In this document: piece after piece, positions 38,769 through 52,907 of the stretch | Numbering within the stretch: the first letter of the stretch is position 1 | How the letters are laid out: every line of letters begins with the position of its first letter | NCBI RefSeq assembly: GCF_006345805.1 | Contig: NC_043006.1 | Location: 71,362,001-71,426,000, forward strand | Direction of reading: 5' to 3' | Length of the DNA: 64,000 nucleotides | Source: Octopus sinensis | Taxonomy: Eukaryota | Made by a program: the position numbers and the translations under genes | The notes under the pieces: generated by a model | The model's input: only the letters and a program-made list of their open reading frames with translations | Database searches by the model: none | Told to the model about the DNA's origin: nothing

Positions 38769-40934
38769 CATACATATATACAGAAATTATAGATATAGAT
38801 ACATAAATTTACACACACACAAATATATATATACATACTACATACACACATATACAGAAATTATAGATATACATACATAAATTTACACACACACATATAT
38901 ATATACATATACACAAACACATATATACATAAACACATACACAGTTGTACAGTAGAATTCTATTGGGTAATCTGGTCTCTTCTCCGACAAATCGGAAAAG
39001 TTAGGAGTCAGGAATGGTAATGAATGTCTTCATTCTTTTAATTCCTGTTTCAGAATGAGGCTCAATCCTTTTACTATTATTTTTCTTTCTTTCTGAATCA
39101 TTCACAAGTCATAACATTTTTTTCTCTCTCCTACCTACATCCATCTACGTAGTGGAAAACTTCATTTTTTTTCTTTCTTTTTCCTTCTTTTTTTAAGGGA
39201 CGGTTGTGGCAAAAGTTATTATTGTTAATAAAAAAACATGGTAAACATTCAATTAAGTCTGCTGAAAGTGTAGTATTCTGTACTGAATTCATGAAAAGAA
39301 TTTTTTCTCCTGCCATCTACAAACAGTTCAACCACCACCATCTATTTTCTTAATTCTTTGTTCCCATTCTTGTCACCTATGTCTGACCTAACCCCATAAA
39401 TTGAAAACCAGCCCCACACTGGATTTGCTACATGCAACCTTTCATCTCACAATTGCATTGTCAATACCCATCACTGCCCACCATCCTCTTACAACTGGCT
39501 TATTCTCTCTTTCCAACCTGAATCTGTTATATTCCTTAAACTTTGTAGTCTTGTTCTAAAAATTGGGCTAAATTACCCAATATCTTGTAATCTAACCCCA
39601 AAGTCACCCTTATCATACATACCAAAAAAGTTGTGACCACCCCATTTTTCAAAGGTATCATCTAATGTACCCGTTCCTTATTTAAAATGGAAGGGTATAT
39701 GAGTGTGTGCATATAAACATATATGTATGCATGCATACATATATACCAAAGCAAACACATAAATGTGAAACAAGGTGGGAAAAAATAGTACTCAAATACC
39801 AGAGGTAGAGTAATCATCATCATCATCACCAAGTGTTTTAAATCTAGGTTTTTGTCCCCTGGCTGGTGCCCATTCTCCTTTGCTGTCATGAGGCTTTTTT
39901 GGAGCTGGATTTTCTATGGGGAGCATGCCCTTGCTTATCCCCAACCTCAGCTGTTTTTTGTAATGTTTTTGCAGCTTTAATAATACATACATATATAAAT
40001 ACACATGTGTATGCATAAGTGTATAAGTCTATCTAAAAACATCCCTGCATGCACACATGTATGCATACACACACAAATAAACACACACACACACACACAT
40101 ACATACATACATACATACAAGCACACAAATTCAACAAAAAATGATGACAAATGCTGCAGTAACAGACTAAGTGACATGCAACATGGTTAGATGGTAGTTG
40201 GAGTTACAGATACATTACATAACATCTATGATTATCTTATGTTAAAGATGACAATAGGACACAACAACGTTAATAACAATGATTTGTGACAGGTACAAAG
40301 TCGTAAAGGAAACGGTCATTAATAACAACTTCGGTACTTGACTGATACTTTTTTTTTTTTTAATCAGCCCCTGAAAGGATGAAAGACAAAGTTGAACAGA
40401 TCAAGAACTGAACTCAGTACCACGAAATACCACAAGGAATTTTGATCGACACTCTACCAATAACAATAATTATTGAAAGGATAACAGGTTGATACAAGTA
40501 TGAGTTTGCAGGTGAAGTTCAACCAGTGTTAAAACAACGAAAAGGTAAAAGAAACAAATACAAGATCCAGTTGTAGTGTAGCATGCTCGACACCTCATGG
40601 TGACAAATGCAACATGGCAACAATTGTGTGTATATGTTAGTAGACAGACAAGAGAAGATACAAGGTCGATTGGTAGTCATTATTTACACAGAAATTTCTG
40701 GACATTTTAAACTACTGCTCTGGATTGTCTGTTTAATACCATCCAAACATGTAACCAGTGGTCAGGCTCATGCTACTCACTGTTGCTGGTAATTGCAGGC
40801 CAGAATCAATTGGATACTTAAATAAGACCCAATGGCATTGATTACTCATTAGTAAAGATTAGTAGTTTAACGATATAACCAGACAAAATGGAGAGACAAG
40901 TTTGCTCTCACATCAAAAAAAAGAAAAGAAAAAC

Positions 40935-41261
40935 CTGATCGTGGGTCAATGGATGTTTCCCTTGAGCGAAAAGCTTGACCCCTGGACAGTGGTTCAGGTG
41001 AGTAAATTGACCGCTGACTAGCACGACGGTCTAAAATACCACTCTTTGGTGAAGAGTCACGAGAGAAAATAGAACGTTGACCGTTAGAGACAAGGCTGTT
41101 TCTTCGGCCAGAGGAAGAAAGATCACGAGTAGATCCATGGGGTTTAGCAGTGTAACCAGCACTGGAATCAATTGACATTCGACTTTTTGACATTCTGTCA
41201 TCACTGTTGAGGTCATGAGAAGACTCGGTCAGTGAGAGTGCACTGTCATAGACCACAGAAT
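40935..41261 (-). CDS. LRRFIP2: Ser/Arg-rich exon, probably LRRFIP (DSVVYDSALSLTESSHDL...GRRNSLV...DRRASQRSIYSPEPLSRGQAFRSRETSIDPRS)
   Basis: ttcttatttatcag acceptor; 327-nt stop-free, GC-richer frame; phase 1-1, compatible with the 35341 exon; donor g|gttttt is weak, so the 3' boundary is uncertain. Confidence 0.65.
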
Positions 41262-43998
41262 CTGATAAATAAGAAAAATGGGAAGAAAAGAAAGGAGAAA
41301 AAAAATTAGATACATTTGGTGAGTTGGCATTTAGAGGATTTTTACCTGCTTTCTGGTTTGGGCTTTGTCAAAGTTTGTATTAGTGAGTAGTGATAGTTTA
41401 TAAGGGGAGGAGTATGTGTGAATATATATTAGCACAAGCACAATGTATACAACTGACAACCAACACCTGTGGTAAAATACAAAAACTCAATGTACTAAAT
41501 ATTCATTGAAACTCCAAAAGGTATTTGAAAAATTACTTAATTTAGAAATAAAGGCTTCTGATTGAACTTCAGTTTGGGACTTCAGCAATAAGACTGCTGA
41601 TGACGTTGAGCACAGATCAAATAAAAGTTGAAATGTAATGTAGATGTAAGTATTGTAAATATATAATCTAAACATGGTGCAAATAGTCTGGAGAATAATA
41701 ATAGCAACAATTTTGAGTTCAAATCCAGTCAAGGACCATGTAAATATCCAGGAATATGCTACCTGAGGATTCTCAGAAACTGAACAATCTGAAATGCAAG
41801 GTATGTACATTTGTACATCAGCAAATAGATTATACACTGTTTGTATATATTTTTAGCTAATAGTTCGATTTCATTTCAGAACCGATGATCAGAAAAAACT
41901 GAAATATTCATATCTGTCATTCTGGATCACTTCCAGAGTAGTCTCATTTCACCTAGCTTTGACGTATACTGTAATTTTTAACACTATACATCTTTAAAGG
42001 GATCTCTCCCAGATGTAGTACCACAGCTACAAGCATTTACTAACATACATTAAGTTTGTGATGTTGATAATGTTTATATTACTGAGCTGTTTCTAACACA
42101 AAGTTCTGCATTTTCACACACACACACTTCGGTTGACATGGATTGTTTAAAAAATGTTAACATTACCAACAATTAATCAAATCAGTATTTGATCTTTAAC
42201 ATTTAACTAACAAGCTGTTCAAATCCTGGGGTGTAACAGAAAATAGTGAAAACTAGATTTGGTGATGTCACTAAAGGCTGGTACCACAAAAAGCACACCC
42301 AGTATATACTGTAAAGTGGTTGGTGGTAAGAAGGGTATCCAACTATAGAAACCAGGACAAAGCAAACACTGGAACTCAGCACAACCCTCTGGCTAATCGG
42401 TTCCTGTCAAACCATGCCAGCATGGGAAAAGAGACATTAAACGATTGTGACAACAAATATGCATTTGGTTTTCCTTCAAGCATCACTACTTTCATCTCTT
42501 CATAGCATAGAAGCTTATTCAAATTTACCACTTCTATTAAATAATTGTTCTGGCACTCCATCTGTTATGCTGAGAAGGTTTCTAATCAACTGAACAGCTC
42601 GTTTGTGAAATTAATGTGCAAAAGGCTGCCACTTACATCTTTTAATGGCACCATATAAATACTCACACCTGATAACTCACTTCTTATCTTTACTAAGCTA
42701 AATACTAACAGAACCAGGTGTGTTGCAGTTGACAGTTGATGATACACTACATGCTGTACTGAGGAAGGATTAAAGATTACTGATTTAGTGGAGTAAATTC
42801 ATTGTAACAAAAAAAAAAAAAAATAGTTAAGATAATGTTGTTCTTTTTTTAAATCTAATCTGAAAATTAATATCTGGGCAGTTAGGTAGAAGTCATTAGA
42901 AAGGGAAAGGAACACAAACAACTCCTGGGAGACTAAGATGTGAAGATAAATCCAGAAGATCTTTTACTAGAGGATTACAAACATCTAACAACAATAGCAA
43001 CAAAAAAAAACTTGGAAATGTATCGAGAAAAGTCTATGTTAGGACTGTCAAAAAGTCTTCAAGTTTAAACAGGATCCTAAAAGAAAAATACAAAAAAAGA
43101 AAGAAAAAGAAAGAAAAATCAAACATCTTTTGATTTACACACAGATGAAGATGTCAAGTAAGTAATGAAGGACTTTCTTCTTGATCATCAGATCTCGTAG
43201 GATGACAACAGCAATACAAACTGAAAGAAAGGGTACAGCTGGAGGGCAAGAGCAAGATAAAGGGTTGAAGAAAATGTTGATTAATTTCAATAAGTCCATG
43301 CTAGACTTGGGTGAGATTTTGTTTCAACAGTTAAATGTATTGAGTCAAGGTTGTGGGAGGGAAAGGATTAAATATTTTGTATAAAAGGAATAATCTAATA
43401 AATTAATAGACAAAACTGGGATACAATTACACAATGCTGGTAGGGACAAGGGGACGGGAACACACACTTGAACTTATACACATGCATACACAGCAAAATC
43501 ATATCTACCATTGTTACACATGCTCACATCCACACATGCCTATCGATTCCATGTGTACACAAAAAAAACTCAGCAAGAGAACAGCTGCTGCCACCAAAGA
43601 CTGCAATGTCAACAGCGGCAGAAAAAAACTCAATATAACTCATTGAGAAATGTGCAAAAAAAATGCACATAAAGAAATAAGTCAATATAAAAAGATCTGT
43701 GAAATATGTGGTAAGCTATTCATGGAATGCTGTAAACGGTACAAAGAAAATATGTGAAAGTGTTTATACACACACACACGCACACACACACACAAACACA
43801 CATATATGTGCCTCATAGAGGCAAAGTGGCACATGAAAAGCACCTTTCCAGTGTTGGGCCTCACAAAAGCAATGACCGAGACCTTTGGCATTATGCTGTG
43901 CTTGAGAAGAAGAACCATCAACCCAAGTAAAATCATAGTCAAAACTCCAACCAATGCCAGCATGGACAATGAGCAGTAAATCATAATATATATATATA

Positions 43999-44303
43999 TC
44001 TTTATATATAAAATTGAAGTTGTGTGTGTGAGACTGTCTCCTCCGATTTAGATTCCTAACTACCCCCACATTTTGCGGTGCAGTTTAACCAAAAGCGGGT
44101 ATCTTATAGTCGTCATTCATATCGAGCCCTTCTGGGTATTAGTGTGTGTCTATGATGAGTCTACGATTTAAAAAAAAATTTACCATTATTTTTCCGCATT
44201 TTTAATGATTTTTGCTCGGGTTATAAAAAGGAAGTAACTCTCTAAAAATGCTTATATAGTTATTTCCCTTACAAACCTGAGCAACCCCGGGCGATACTGC
44301 TAG
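43999..44303 (+). mobile_element. Non-autonomous Helitron
   Basis: A|TC 5' end, subterminal GC-rich imperfect hairpin cctgagcaaccccggg, CTAG|T 3' end. Confidence 0.7.
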
Positions 44304-45220
44304 TGTGTGTGTATATGTATATATATATATATATATATACATACACACACACATACATACATACATACATACATACATGTATATTTTTAAAGAAAACCTT
44401 TTCTTCATAAAGAATTTTTTCTTTTGTAGGGATATGTTATCCAAGCAGGCACCAGTTTTGCGCTATTATTCACATGTTTACATACAAACATTCTTGGTTT
44501 GTTTTATTTTACCGCATACACCTTTAATCTCTTCACTGGCACAAGCCACCACCACCCACCTCAATACTACTCCACATAAAAAGTATTGGTGATGATGCCA
44601 TATAAGAGCACCCAATACACTCTGTGGAATGGTTGGCATTAGGAAGGGCATCCAGCTGTAGAAACCATAGACTGGAGCCTGATGCAGTTCCTGACCTTAC
44701 CAACTTCTGCCAAACCATACAATCCATGCCAGCAGGAGAAATAGATGTTAAATGATTATATATCACAACTGATGGCTGTTGACTCTCTTGAGTTCGTTAG
44801 CCTCTGGTGGGTCTTGTTTTTCATCTTACAAGATGTCCAAATTCACCTCAACTTACCAAGCAAGCTTGGTGGTGTTGCCAGTGGCCTGACCATGCAACAG
44901 ATTCTACTCATTTATGTGTTACCAGTAGCATACATAAATGGGTATGCCTATATATATGTGAGGATGATGGAAATGAGTGCTCAACACCACATTGCTGGAT
45001 ATAATTTATTTATTTGTGAATTAAGGCTATTTTGGTTTCATGTTAAGAACAGTAGGAAAATATCCTAATGTCTTACATTTTCAAGCCGATCACATGGAGA
45101 AAGGTGTTCCTCCCCATATATATATATATATTATTAGTTAATAAATCATATGATATACACCTGCTTGTTTTCCAGTGAAGCATGTTCACTGTCTCAGTGT
45201 TCATTGGGCATTTGATTAAT

Positions 45221-45490
45221 AAGATGGAATATGAAAGATAAGAACCTTTATTGATCACTACAATTGTTTCAAACCATCTTGCATTGATTCCTCTTAGGTG
45301 GGATTCTGAGCATCTGGTTTAGGTGTTTATTTTAACGAGACACCTATTGAATTCACCTGAGGAGACACGTCTACACCAAGGAATACACCTAAACCAAATG
45401 TTCAGAATCCAACTCATGAGGGATAGATTCTAGATGGGTTGAAACAATTGCAGTGATCAATAAAGATTCTCGTACTTTCCATATTCTGTC
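45221..45490. mobile_element. Inverted repeat of two decayed hammerhead-bearing units (Penelope-like inverted terminal structure)
   Basis: Arms are reverse complements over about 100 bp; left arm on -: cacCTAAGAG...GAAACAATTGTAgtg; right arm on +: CTCATGA...GAAACAATTGCAgtg, each followed by AATAAA. Confidence 0.6.
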
Positions 45491-45538
45491 TCTCTCATTA
45501 ATCATATATATATATTATATACATATATATATGTATAC

Positions 45539-45583
<45 letters not shown>

Positions 45584-45656
45584 CACACACACATACATGT
45601 AAATATGCACATTTACATAAATACATATAAATATATACCTACCTACAACATGTGTA

Positions 45657-45701
<45 letters not shown>

Positions 45702-45703
<2 letters not shown>

Positions 45704-46783
45704 GGGGTGTCCCATCGAAATGCTTACGCACTTTAACAGTTGATAACTCAATTTTCATTTCTTTTTTTATTTAATTCATTATAAATACTGAAGGGAGCCA
45801 AACTAAGCTTTGAACAAAGGAGATTTTATCCTAAAGTGCTACTGGCATCCACCAATGCAACTTACCAGCACTTGAATTAGGAATATGTTTGATGCAGATG
45901 AAATTGTTCAGAATGTCCTCAAGAAACGCTCAGGAAAATTCAAGACATTGATGAGCCCCACAAAGCCAGAAAGGATATTGCTAAAGTTCACGAAAATCTG
46001 TGTGGCAAGCATGTTGTGAGATAGAAATTTCAAAATTAAATATCCATCAAATTTTGAAGCACTATCTTTGGAAAAGTTACACTCCAAGAATAGTTCATGC
46101 TCTCAATGACAACCACAACTACACCTACTGGGGTGCCTGAGAATCTGTGTACTGTGGAAGAACATCAGGTTAATTTACTCGGTGTTACAGTATAGAACAG
46201 ATTATCATCAAAAGGGTTAATCAACTCATTTTTTTCCAAATGGTACTGTAACTGGTCCTATTTACTTAAACTTACTACAGCAATCTGTCATACCAAACAT
46301 TTAAAAGGACTTTGAAGATGTAATTCCAGCAAGATGGAGCAGCCCCATACTATCACAGTAATGACAAAGCTTACCTTGATGAAATTTTGCCTAACAAGTG
46401 GATTGGACAAAGGTGTTCAGTATTCAACTGAACAGAGTATTCTACTCTGCCTACAGCAGACTTCAAACCACTAGACTTTTTATGTATGCTTTATGACACA
46501 AAGTTCATGACACAAAACCAGCAACAGTTGATGAATTGAAGGCAGCCACTGAACAAGAATGCATACAAATATTGGATGAGATGTTTCTTGACTTTTTGCA
46601 ATTCAATGTTTCATGTTATCAAGTAGTACCTGGACCAAAATGCTAACTAGTTTGGAAACAGGTGTTCAAAACAAATATTAACTGCCTGTAGATTCTACTG
46701 AATTTTAGAAATGGAATGTATTTTAATAGACATTGATCTTAATTATCATTTAATATGTGTGTACATTTTTTGGAACTCCCTTT
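45702..46783 (+). mobile_element. Tc1/mariner-superfamily transposon remnant between (TA)n tracts
   Basis: Imperfect TIRs acggggtgtccc / ggaactccct; FQQDGAAP, KWIG and PLDF motifs in broken frames. Confidence 0.6.
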
Positions 46784-46784
46784 T

Positions 46785-46785
<1 letters not shown>

Positions 46786-46820
<35 letters not shown>

Positions 46821-47065
46821 TATATGTATACACAAAAATATATATATATACATATTTATACACAAATATATATATATATATATATATACATATATATACA
46901 CAAATATATATATACATATATATATACACACACACAAATATACACACACACACACATATATATACACAGACACGTATATATATATATATACACGCACACA
47001 CATATATATATACGCACACACACACATATATATATATACGCACACACACACATATATATATATAT
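46786..47065. repeat. Compound (TA)n/(CA)n microsatellite
   Basis: Low-complexity TA/CA tract producing spurious YI/TH ORFs. Confidence 0.9.
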
Positions 47066-47950
47066 AAGTATCATGCTGTCATAAAGTACCTTCATTTGAA
47101 AGGCATGACTCCATCAGAATTCCATGAAGATATGGTGAGAACCTTAACAATGAATTCCAGCGTGGCAGGGAGAGTGTGGAAGATGATCCCACACCAGGGA
47201 GGCCTCCAACTGCAACCACCGAGGACAACATTGACCTTGCTCTTGGTATGATAATGCAAGATCGTCGAATATCATGTCACAAGATAGCTGAGAAACTGGG
47301 CATCTCAAATGAAAGAGCAGACAACATTGTGGCAAAAGAACTTGGGTTCTCAAAGGTTTCTGCAAGGTGGCTCCCTTGCCTTTTGACTCCTGAACCGGGT
47401 GCACTTTGTTCACAAGCAATATGCAACTATTTGAAGGCAATGAAGAGAATTTTCTTGCTTGTTTTATTACTATAGACCAAAGTTGGGTTCATCACTACCA
47501 GTCCGAAATCAAAAGATGTCTTGCTGATCGATTACCTTGAAAAGGGTCACACTGTGACAGGGCTGTATTATTCTCAGCTACTGTAATGCCACCAGGAAGC
47601 AATCAAAGAAAAAGGCCAGGAATGCTCAACAGAGGAGTTCTTTTTCATCACAACAATGCTCCAGCTCACATCTCAGTGGTTGCCATGGTAACAATTTGTG
47701 ATTGTGGAGACAAACTTGTTTCCCATCTGCCTTATTCGCCAAACTTAGCCCCCTCTGACTTTCATCTATTCCCAAAAATGAAAAACGCCCTGGCTGGTTG
47801 CCATTTTGCCACTGACAATGATGTCATAGACACCGTAGGAAGTTTCTTAGAGTCTCAAATAAGAGTTCCTCTACGCTGGGATAATGGCACTTCAGCACCA
47901 CTGGAGAAAGTGTTCAGCCATCAAAGAGGACTACGTTGAAAAATAAATCA
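47065..47950 (+). mobile_element. mariner transposase pseudogene (internally deleted)
   Basis: [59 protein letters not shown] motifs across frameshifts. Confidence 0.85.
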
Positions 47951-48301
47951 CAATAGAACTGGTTGTATAGATTATCCCCGGTTGATACAAGGGGCCACTT
48001 AGAATAGAAGATGTGAGACAGAATTATTATGTTATAGATCAGACTATCTCTAGTCCATCAATTATTCCTTTAATCCATTCGTTATCTCTATTGTTTTAGA
48101 CGCTTAATGTTCTTAGAGTTATCTCCCTTGTAATTATCCATTAAAAAAATTTTATTCTGTTTAATTGTTTCACTCTGAAGAGATGACATCACTCTGTGCC
48201 CAACCAATCAGATACAGTTATCCATTCACTTTCTTGAGTACTGTATGTTCTTAAATGAACTAAGTTGTTTAAAAAATTAGTCAATCAGGGTAATTCTAGA
48301 G

Positions 48302-48376
48302 CAGTGGTTCACAACCCTTTTATTTAAATGAGTTTTCCTACACCCTCCTTTTAATATGCTTATCCTTATATATATA

Positions 48377-48416
<40 letters not shown>

Positions 48417-48573
48417 AAAAAATATATATAAAAATACAAAATGGGACAAGAATGCAAATCATTCAAATAGACAACACAAAAAACATATATTATATATATA
48501 TATATGAAATTCTGATTTTAGTTCACGGACCCCCAGTATTATCTTTGCAGCTCACCAGGGTTGGAAACCACTG
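48302..48573. mobile_element. hAT (Charlie/Buster-like) MITE with 8-bp TSD
   Basis: TIRs cagtggttcacaacc / ggttggaaaccactg flanked by ttctagag / ctctagag. Confidence 0.8.
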
Positions 48574-48948
48574 CTCTAGAGTAATAGTTAACTGATTCAT
48601 CCAAAATATATAACAGTATTTGGTAATGAATAAACTTTACCTCATTCTTTGATACCTACATGTGCATGTGTGTGTGTGTGTGGTGTGTGTGTGCATGCAC
48701 ACAAACGCACGTAAGCATTTACACACACACACACACACACATTGTACTAGGCACACAAAAGCAGTGTTGTAAAGTAAACCAACATTTAGATCAGTTTAAA
48801 TATGCTTGGAGCATATTTGACATGTAAAAAGGCCAAATCCACTGCCGTTTGCTATTGAGAAGAACTCTGGCTATCATCAGCACCGAATACTGCAAGAGAG
48901 AAAACCCTGAAGTGACATTGAAAACATTAGTTTCCTTATAGTAAATTA

Positions 48949-48990
<42 letters not shown>

Positions 48991-49009
48991 TTGTGTGTGT
49001 AGACAGAAC

Positions 49010-49235
49010 CAGTGATTCTCAACCAATTTTTACCCATGGACCTTTTCATTCTTGTTTTATTCTACTGGACTGCCAAAGCCATTCAACATGTACAGAAAAA
49101 TAAAAACAAAAAACCCTACTGCATTTTTATAATTAAAAATATTTAGGACTTGTATAAAATTTTTTTAATATTTTGTGTATTGCAGATAAATTTTAACAAC
49201 AAACATTTTTCATGGACCCCAGTTGAGAACCACAG
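49010..49235. mobile_element. Related hAT MITE
   Basis: cagtgattctcaac / gttgagaaccacag termini, internal catggaccc motif. Confidence 0.6.
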
Positions 49236-50194
49236 AGAAAAAACAGCAGCCTTTAATAATGACTGCACCTTCATAAACATTTTTTGCTGACTGAAAATTG
49301 CACCTAATGTGCATGTGTGCACACTCATACACATCAGTGACATGAAACTATTAATATCAAATGCATAACATAATTGAATAAATAATTTACACAGCTGTTG
49401 TTGTATTGAGTACACCTTCAGTTTGTCATCTCAATGTGTTTGTTGTGTGTGTGAGAGAGAGAGACGAGAAAAGACTATGGTATGTGTAGAAATTTAGTGG
49501 TGTTTATGAGTGCAAATTTGCCTTTTTAGATAATATCTACCAATCTACATGAAATTTTGCAGATAAAAAGTGGGTAAGATATGTCTACAAATATATACAT
49601 TTGCTTAAACTAATTAGATTTGCAGATACAGATGTATACTAAAATATCGACATTAGACAGATGATTTCTGTAATGCATTGTATTGGAGGGGGAAAGGTTT
49701 GGATAGTGAAAGAGAGAAAACATTAGACAAAGAATACATGGGCATCTTAAGATCTGAAAGGAAAAGGTGACAAATGGTGACGGGAATGGTAATAATAGGC
49801 CTGAAATTTTGGGGGATGAGGATAGTTGATTACTTCAACCCCAGTGCTCAACTGGTACTCATTTCATCAATTCCAAAAGGACAAAAAGCAAAGCCAACTT
49901 CAGCAGAATTTGAACTCAGAAAATAAAGACAGACAAAATGTTGCAAAGCATTTCGTTTGGTATGCAAACAATTTTGAAGCTTCTTGCCTTAATAACAACA
50001 ATAATAATGGTTTCAAATTTTAACATAAAGCCAGGAGTTTAGGGGAGAATAAGTTGATTGCCTCAACCCCAGTACTCAACTGGTACTAATGTTATTGACC
50101 CCTAATTGATGAAATGCGAAGTTGACCTCGGTGGGATTTGAACTCGTTGAGCGACACACCATGCTTGAGGAGACCTTTTGAGTCAAGTAAAATC

Positions 50195-50580
50195 AAAATC
50201 AAATCACAATGAAATGGAAATTGTAGTTGTGGCTGATGCCTGTGCCACCTGACTAGCTCTCGTGCTAGTAGCACACAATGAGCACCATTCATGTGTGGGT
50301 TGTTGACAGTGCCACCTGATTAGCTCTCTGTGCCGGAGGCACAAAAAAAGCACCATCCAAATGTGGCTAATGCCAGTTCCACCTCACTGGCTCCCATGCA
50401 GTTAGCACGTAAAAAGCACCCACTACACTCTCGGAGTGGTTGGCATTACGAGGGGCATCCAGCTGCAGAAACATTGCCAGATCAGATTGGAACCTGGTGA
50501 GGTCTCCTGGCTTGCCTGTCCCCAGTCAAACTGTCCAACCCATGCCAGCATTGAAAACAGATGTTAAACGATGATGATGA
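50195..50580 (+). mobile_element. RTE-tailed SINE/LINE 3' end with (GAT)n tail (many copies, e.g. 1808-2070, 6645-6840, 9040-9370, 44590-44755, 61250-61410 on -)
   Basis: aaaaagcacccactacactctcggagtggttggcatta...gggcatccagctg...catgccagcat...gttaaacgatgatgatga. Confidence 0.75.
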
Positions 50581-50789
50581 ACACAACGAGCTGGAAGAAA
50601 CACCACTCAGCATTTGGTCCAGCATGGCAATGATTCTGCCAGATCACCACCTTTACAGCAGTGATAACATTTACTCTGGGTAAAAGCTATTAGGTGGTTT
50701 AAAGTTAAAGAGAAGTGGAATATAGAGATGTTATACATAAACAATTGGAGACATATCAGATAGCAGTGGCACAAGGAGTATCATATTAT

Positions 50790-51900
50790 TAACATATGTA
50801 GTACATGGTGGATAATTGAGTCAAAAGATGTGGTACAAAGCGAAATGGAGTCAATAGATATGGCACGTAATGGAATGAAGTGTCAATAAATAAGGTACAT
50901 TATGGAATGGTAAGTCAATAGATATGGCAAATGGTGGAACAGAGTCAACAGATATGGTACATGGTAGAATGAAGAGTCAACAGATTTGGTACATAGTGGA
51001 TGGTAAGTCAACAGATATGGTAAAGAGTGGAACATAGAATCCACATATATGGTAAAGAGTCGAACATAGAGTCAACATATATGATACATGGTGGAACAGA
51101 GAGTCAACAGATTTGGTACATAGTGGAATGTTAAGTCAACAGACATGGTAAAGAGTGGAACATAGAATCAATATGATACATGATGGAACAGAGAGTCAAC
51201 AGATATGGTACATAGTAGAATGAAGAGTCAGCAGATTTGGTACATAGTGGAATGGTAAGTCAACAGATATGGCAAATAGTGGAACAGAGTCAACAGATAT
51301 GGTACATGGTAGAATGAAGAGTCAACAGATTTGGTACATAGTGGAATGGTAAGTCAACAGATATGGTAAAGAGTGGAACATAGAGTCAACATGATACATG
51401 GTGGAACAGAGAGTCAACAGATATGGTACATGGTAAAATGAAGAGTCAACAGATATGGTACATGGTAGAATGAAGAGTCACAGTGGAATGGTAAGTTAAC
51501 AGATATGGTAATTGTGATGGAAGATTCAATATATATGACACATGTTAAGATGGTGAGTCAACAGATAATGTAGAGTCAATATATAAAGTGCATAGTAGAA
51601 TGGAGAATCAATGGATATGGTACATGGTGGGAGTGGATAAATATAGTATATGCTGGAACAGAGTCAACAAATATGGTACAAGGTAGAACAGAGTCAACGG
51701 AAATAGTATATGGGGGAACATAGTCAATAAATATAGTACATGAGGAAATGGAAAGTCAAGCAATATAGAACATGGTGGGATAAAAAGTCAACAGATATGA
51801 TACATGGTGGATAACTGGGTTAGCAGCTATAGTATAGTGAGGAATGGTAAATCAACAGAAGTGTTACACAATGCATTGTAGAGTCAACATGTGGTATATG
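50790..51900. repeat. ~31-bp minisatellite with higher-order structure
   Basis: Unit gagtcaacagatatggtacatggtggaaca with variants ending tagaatgaa / tggaatggtaa. Confidence 0.9.
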
Positions 51901-52669
51901 GTAATATGTCAAATAAGCACCTATTGTACATGGAGAAAAGTGATATTGGAAGAACAATAAACTACATGTGGTATGCATGTGAAACAAAGAAAAATATCTG
52001 TCTCACACACATATAACATGCCAAGCTTGGAGTAACAGCTGACAGAAGCTTCATGTTCAAATAAATGAATAAATTATGCTCTATGTATTGAGTACTTTTT
52101 CTGTCACTTGTAAATTGTGTGATGTGTATGTATGAAAGAGAGGGAGATGTGTGTGTGTGTATACTATGCATGAATATACATACATGGATATGAAGGCAGA
52201 CATATACAAATATATAAAGTTATATGAAATCACATGGAAAAACACATGCACACACACACACAAATAGAAGAAAGAAAGAGAGATATGAGATTTGGATGTG
52301 ACATATTACTGCTTCTTTTAAGAGTATTTGAGTCAACCTTCCATAAGTCAAACTATTACTAAATGTCTTCCCTTTAGAGCCATATTGTTTGTCAAATCAG
52401 ACATATTGTACTTGGACAACATTATCCAGATGATAGGGAGTGACTTCAAAGTTAGCTGTCATTTCTAGTGAGACAAACAATCTCACTAGAAATGTAAACA
52501 CATCTGTAAATAACTGTTGTATGCAGAGCTACTGCTAGAGTTGTTACCTTTCAATCCAATGTCATTGATGCTAAAAGAAATGTGTGAGGATAAGGTGCAG
52601 GGGACTGATGGTGTCTCCTCCTCTCTTCCTACAATCTCATAAGTTATATACAGTGTGTATGTGTGTGTA

Positions 52670-52717
<48 letters not shown>

Positions 52718-52852
52718 AAATATGAATTAGAGATAAAACCACTATTAGGCAAATAGTGGTTTTATCTCTAATTCATATTTTATATATTTATACTGTGAAA
52801 TTCGATTTAATACTAAATCGAATTTTTCCCTGTAAGTTTGGAGCTATACTCC

Positions 52853-52907
<55 letters not shown>

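Noticed and set aside
46711-47095. Cluster of YI/TH/CV ORFs
   Set aside because: Microsatellite artefacts.
48170-48230. CTGAAGA followed by a gatgac/gttatc stem
   Set aside because: No GAAA box after the stem, so no hammerhead can be folded.
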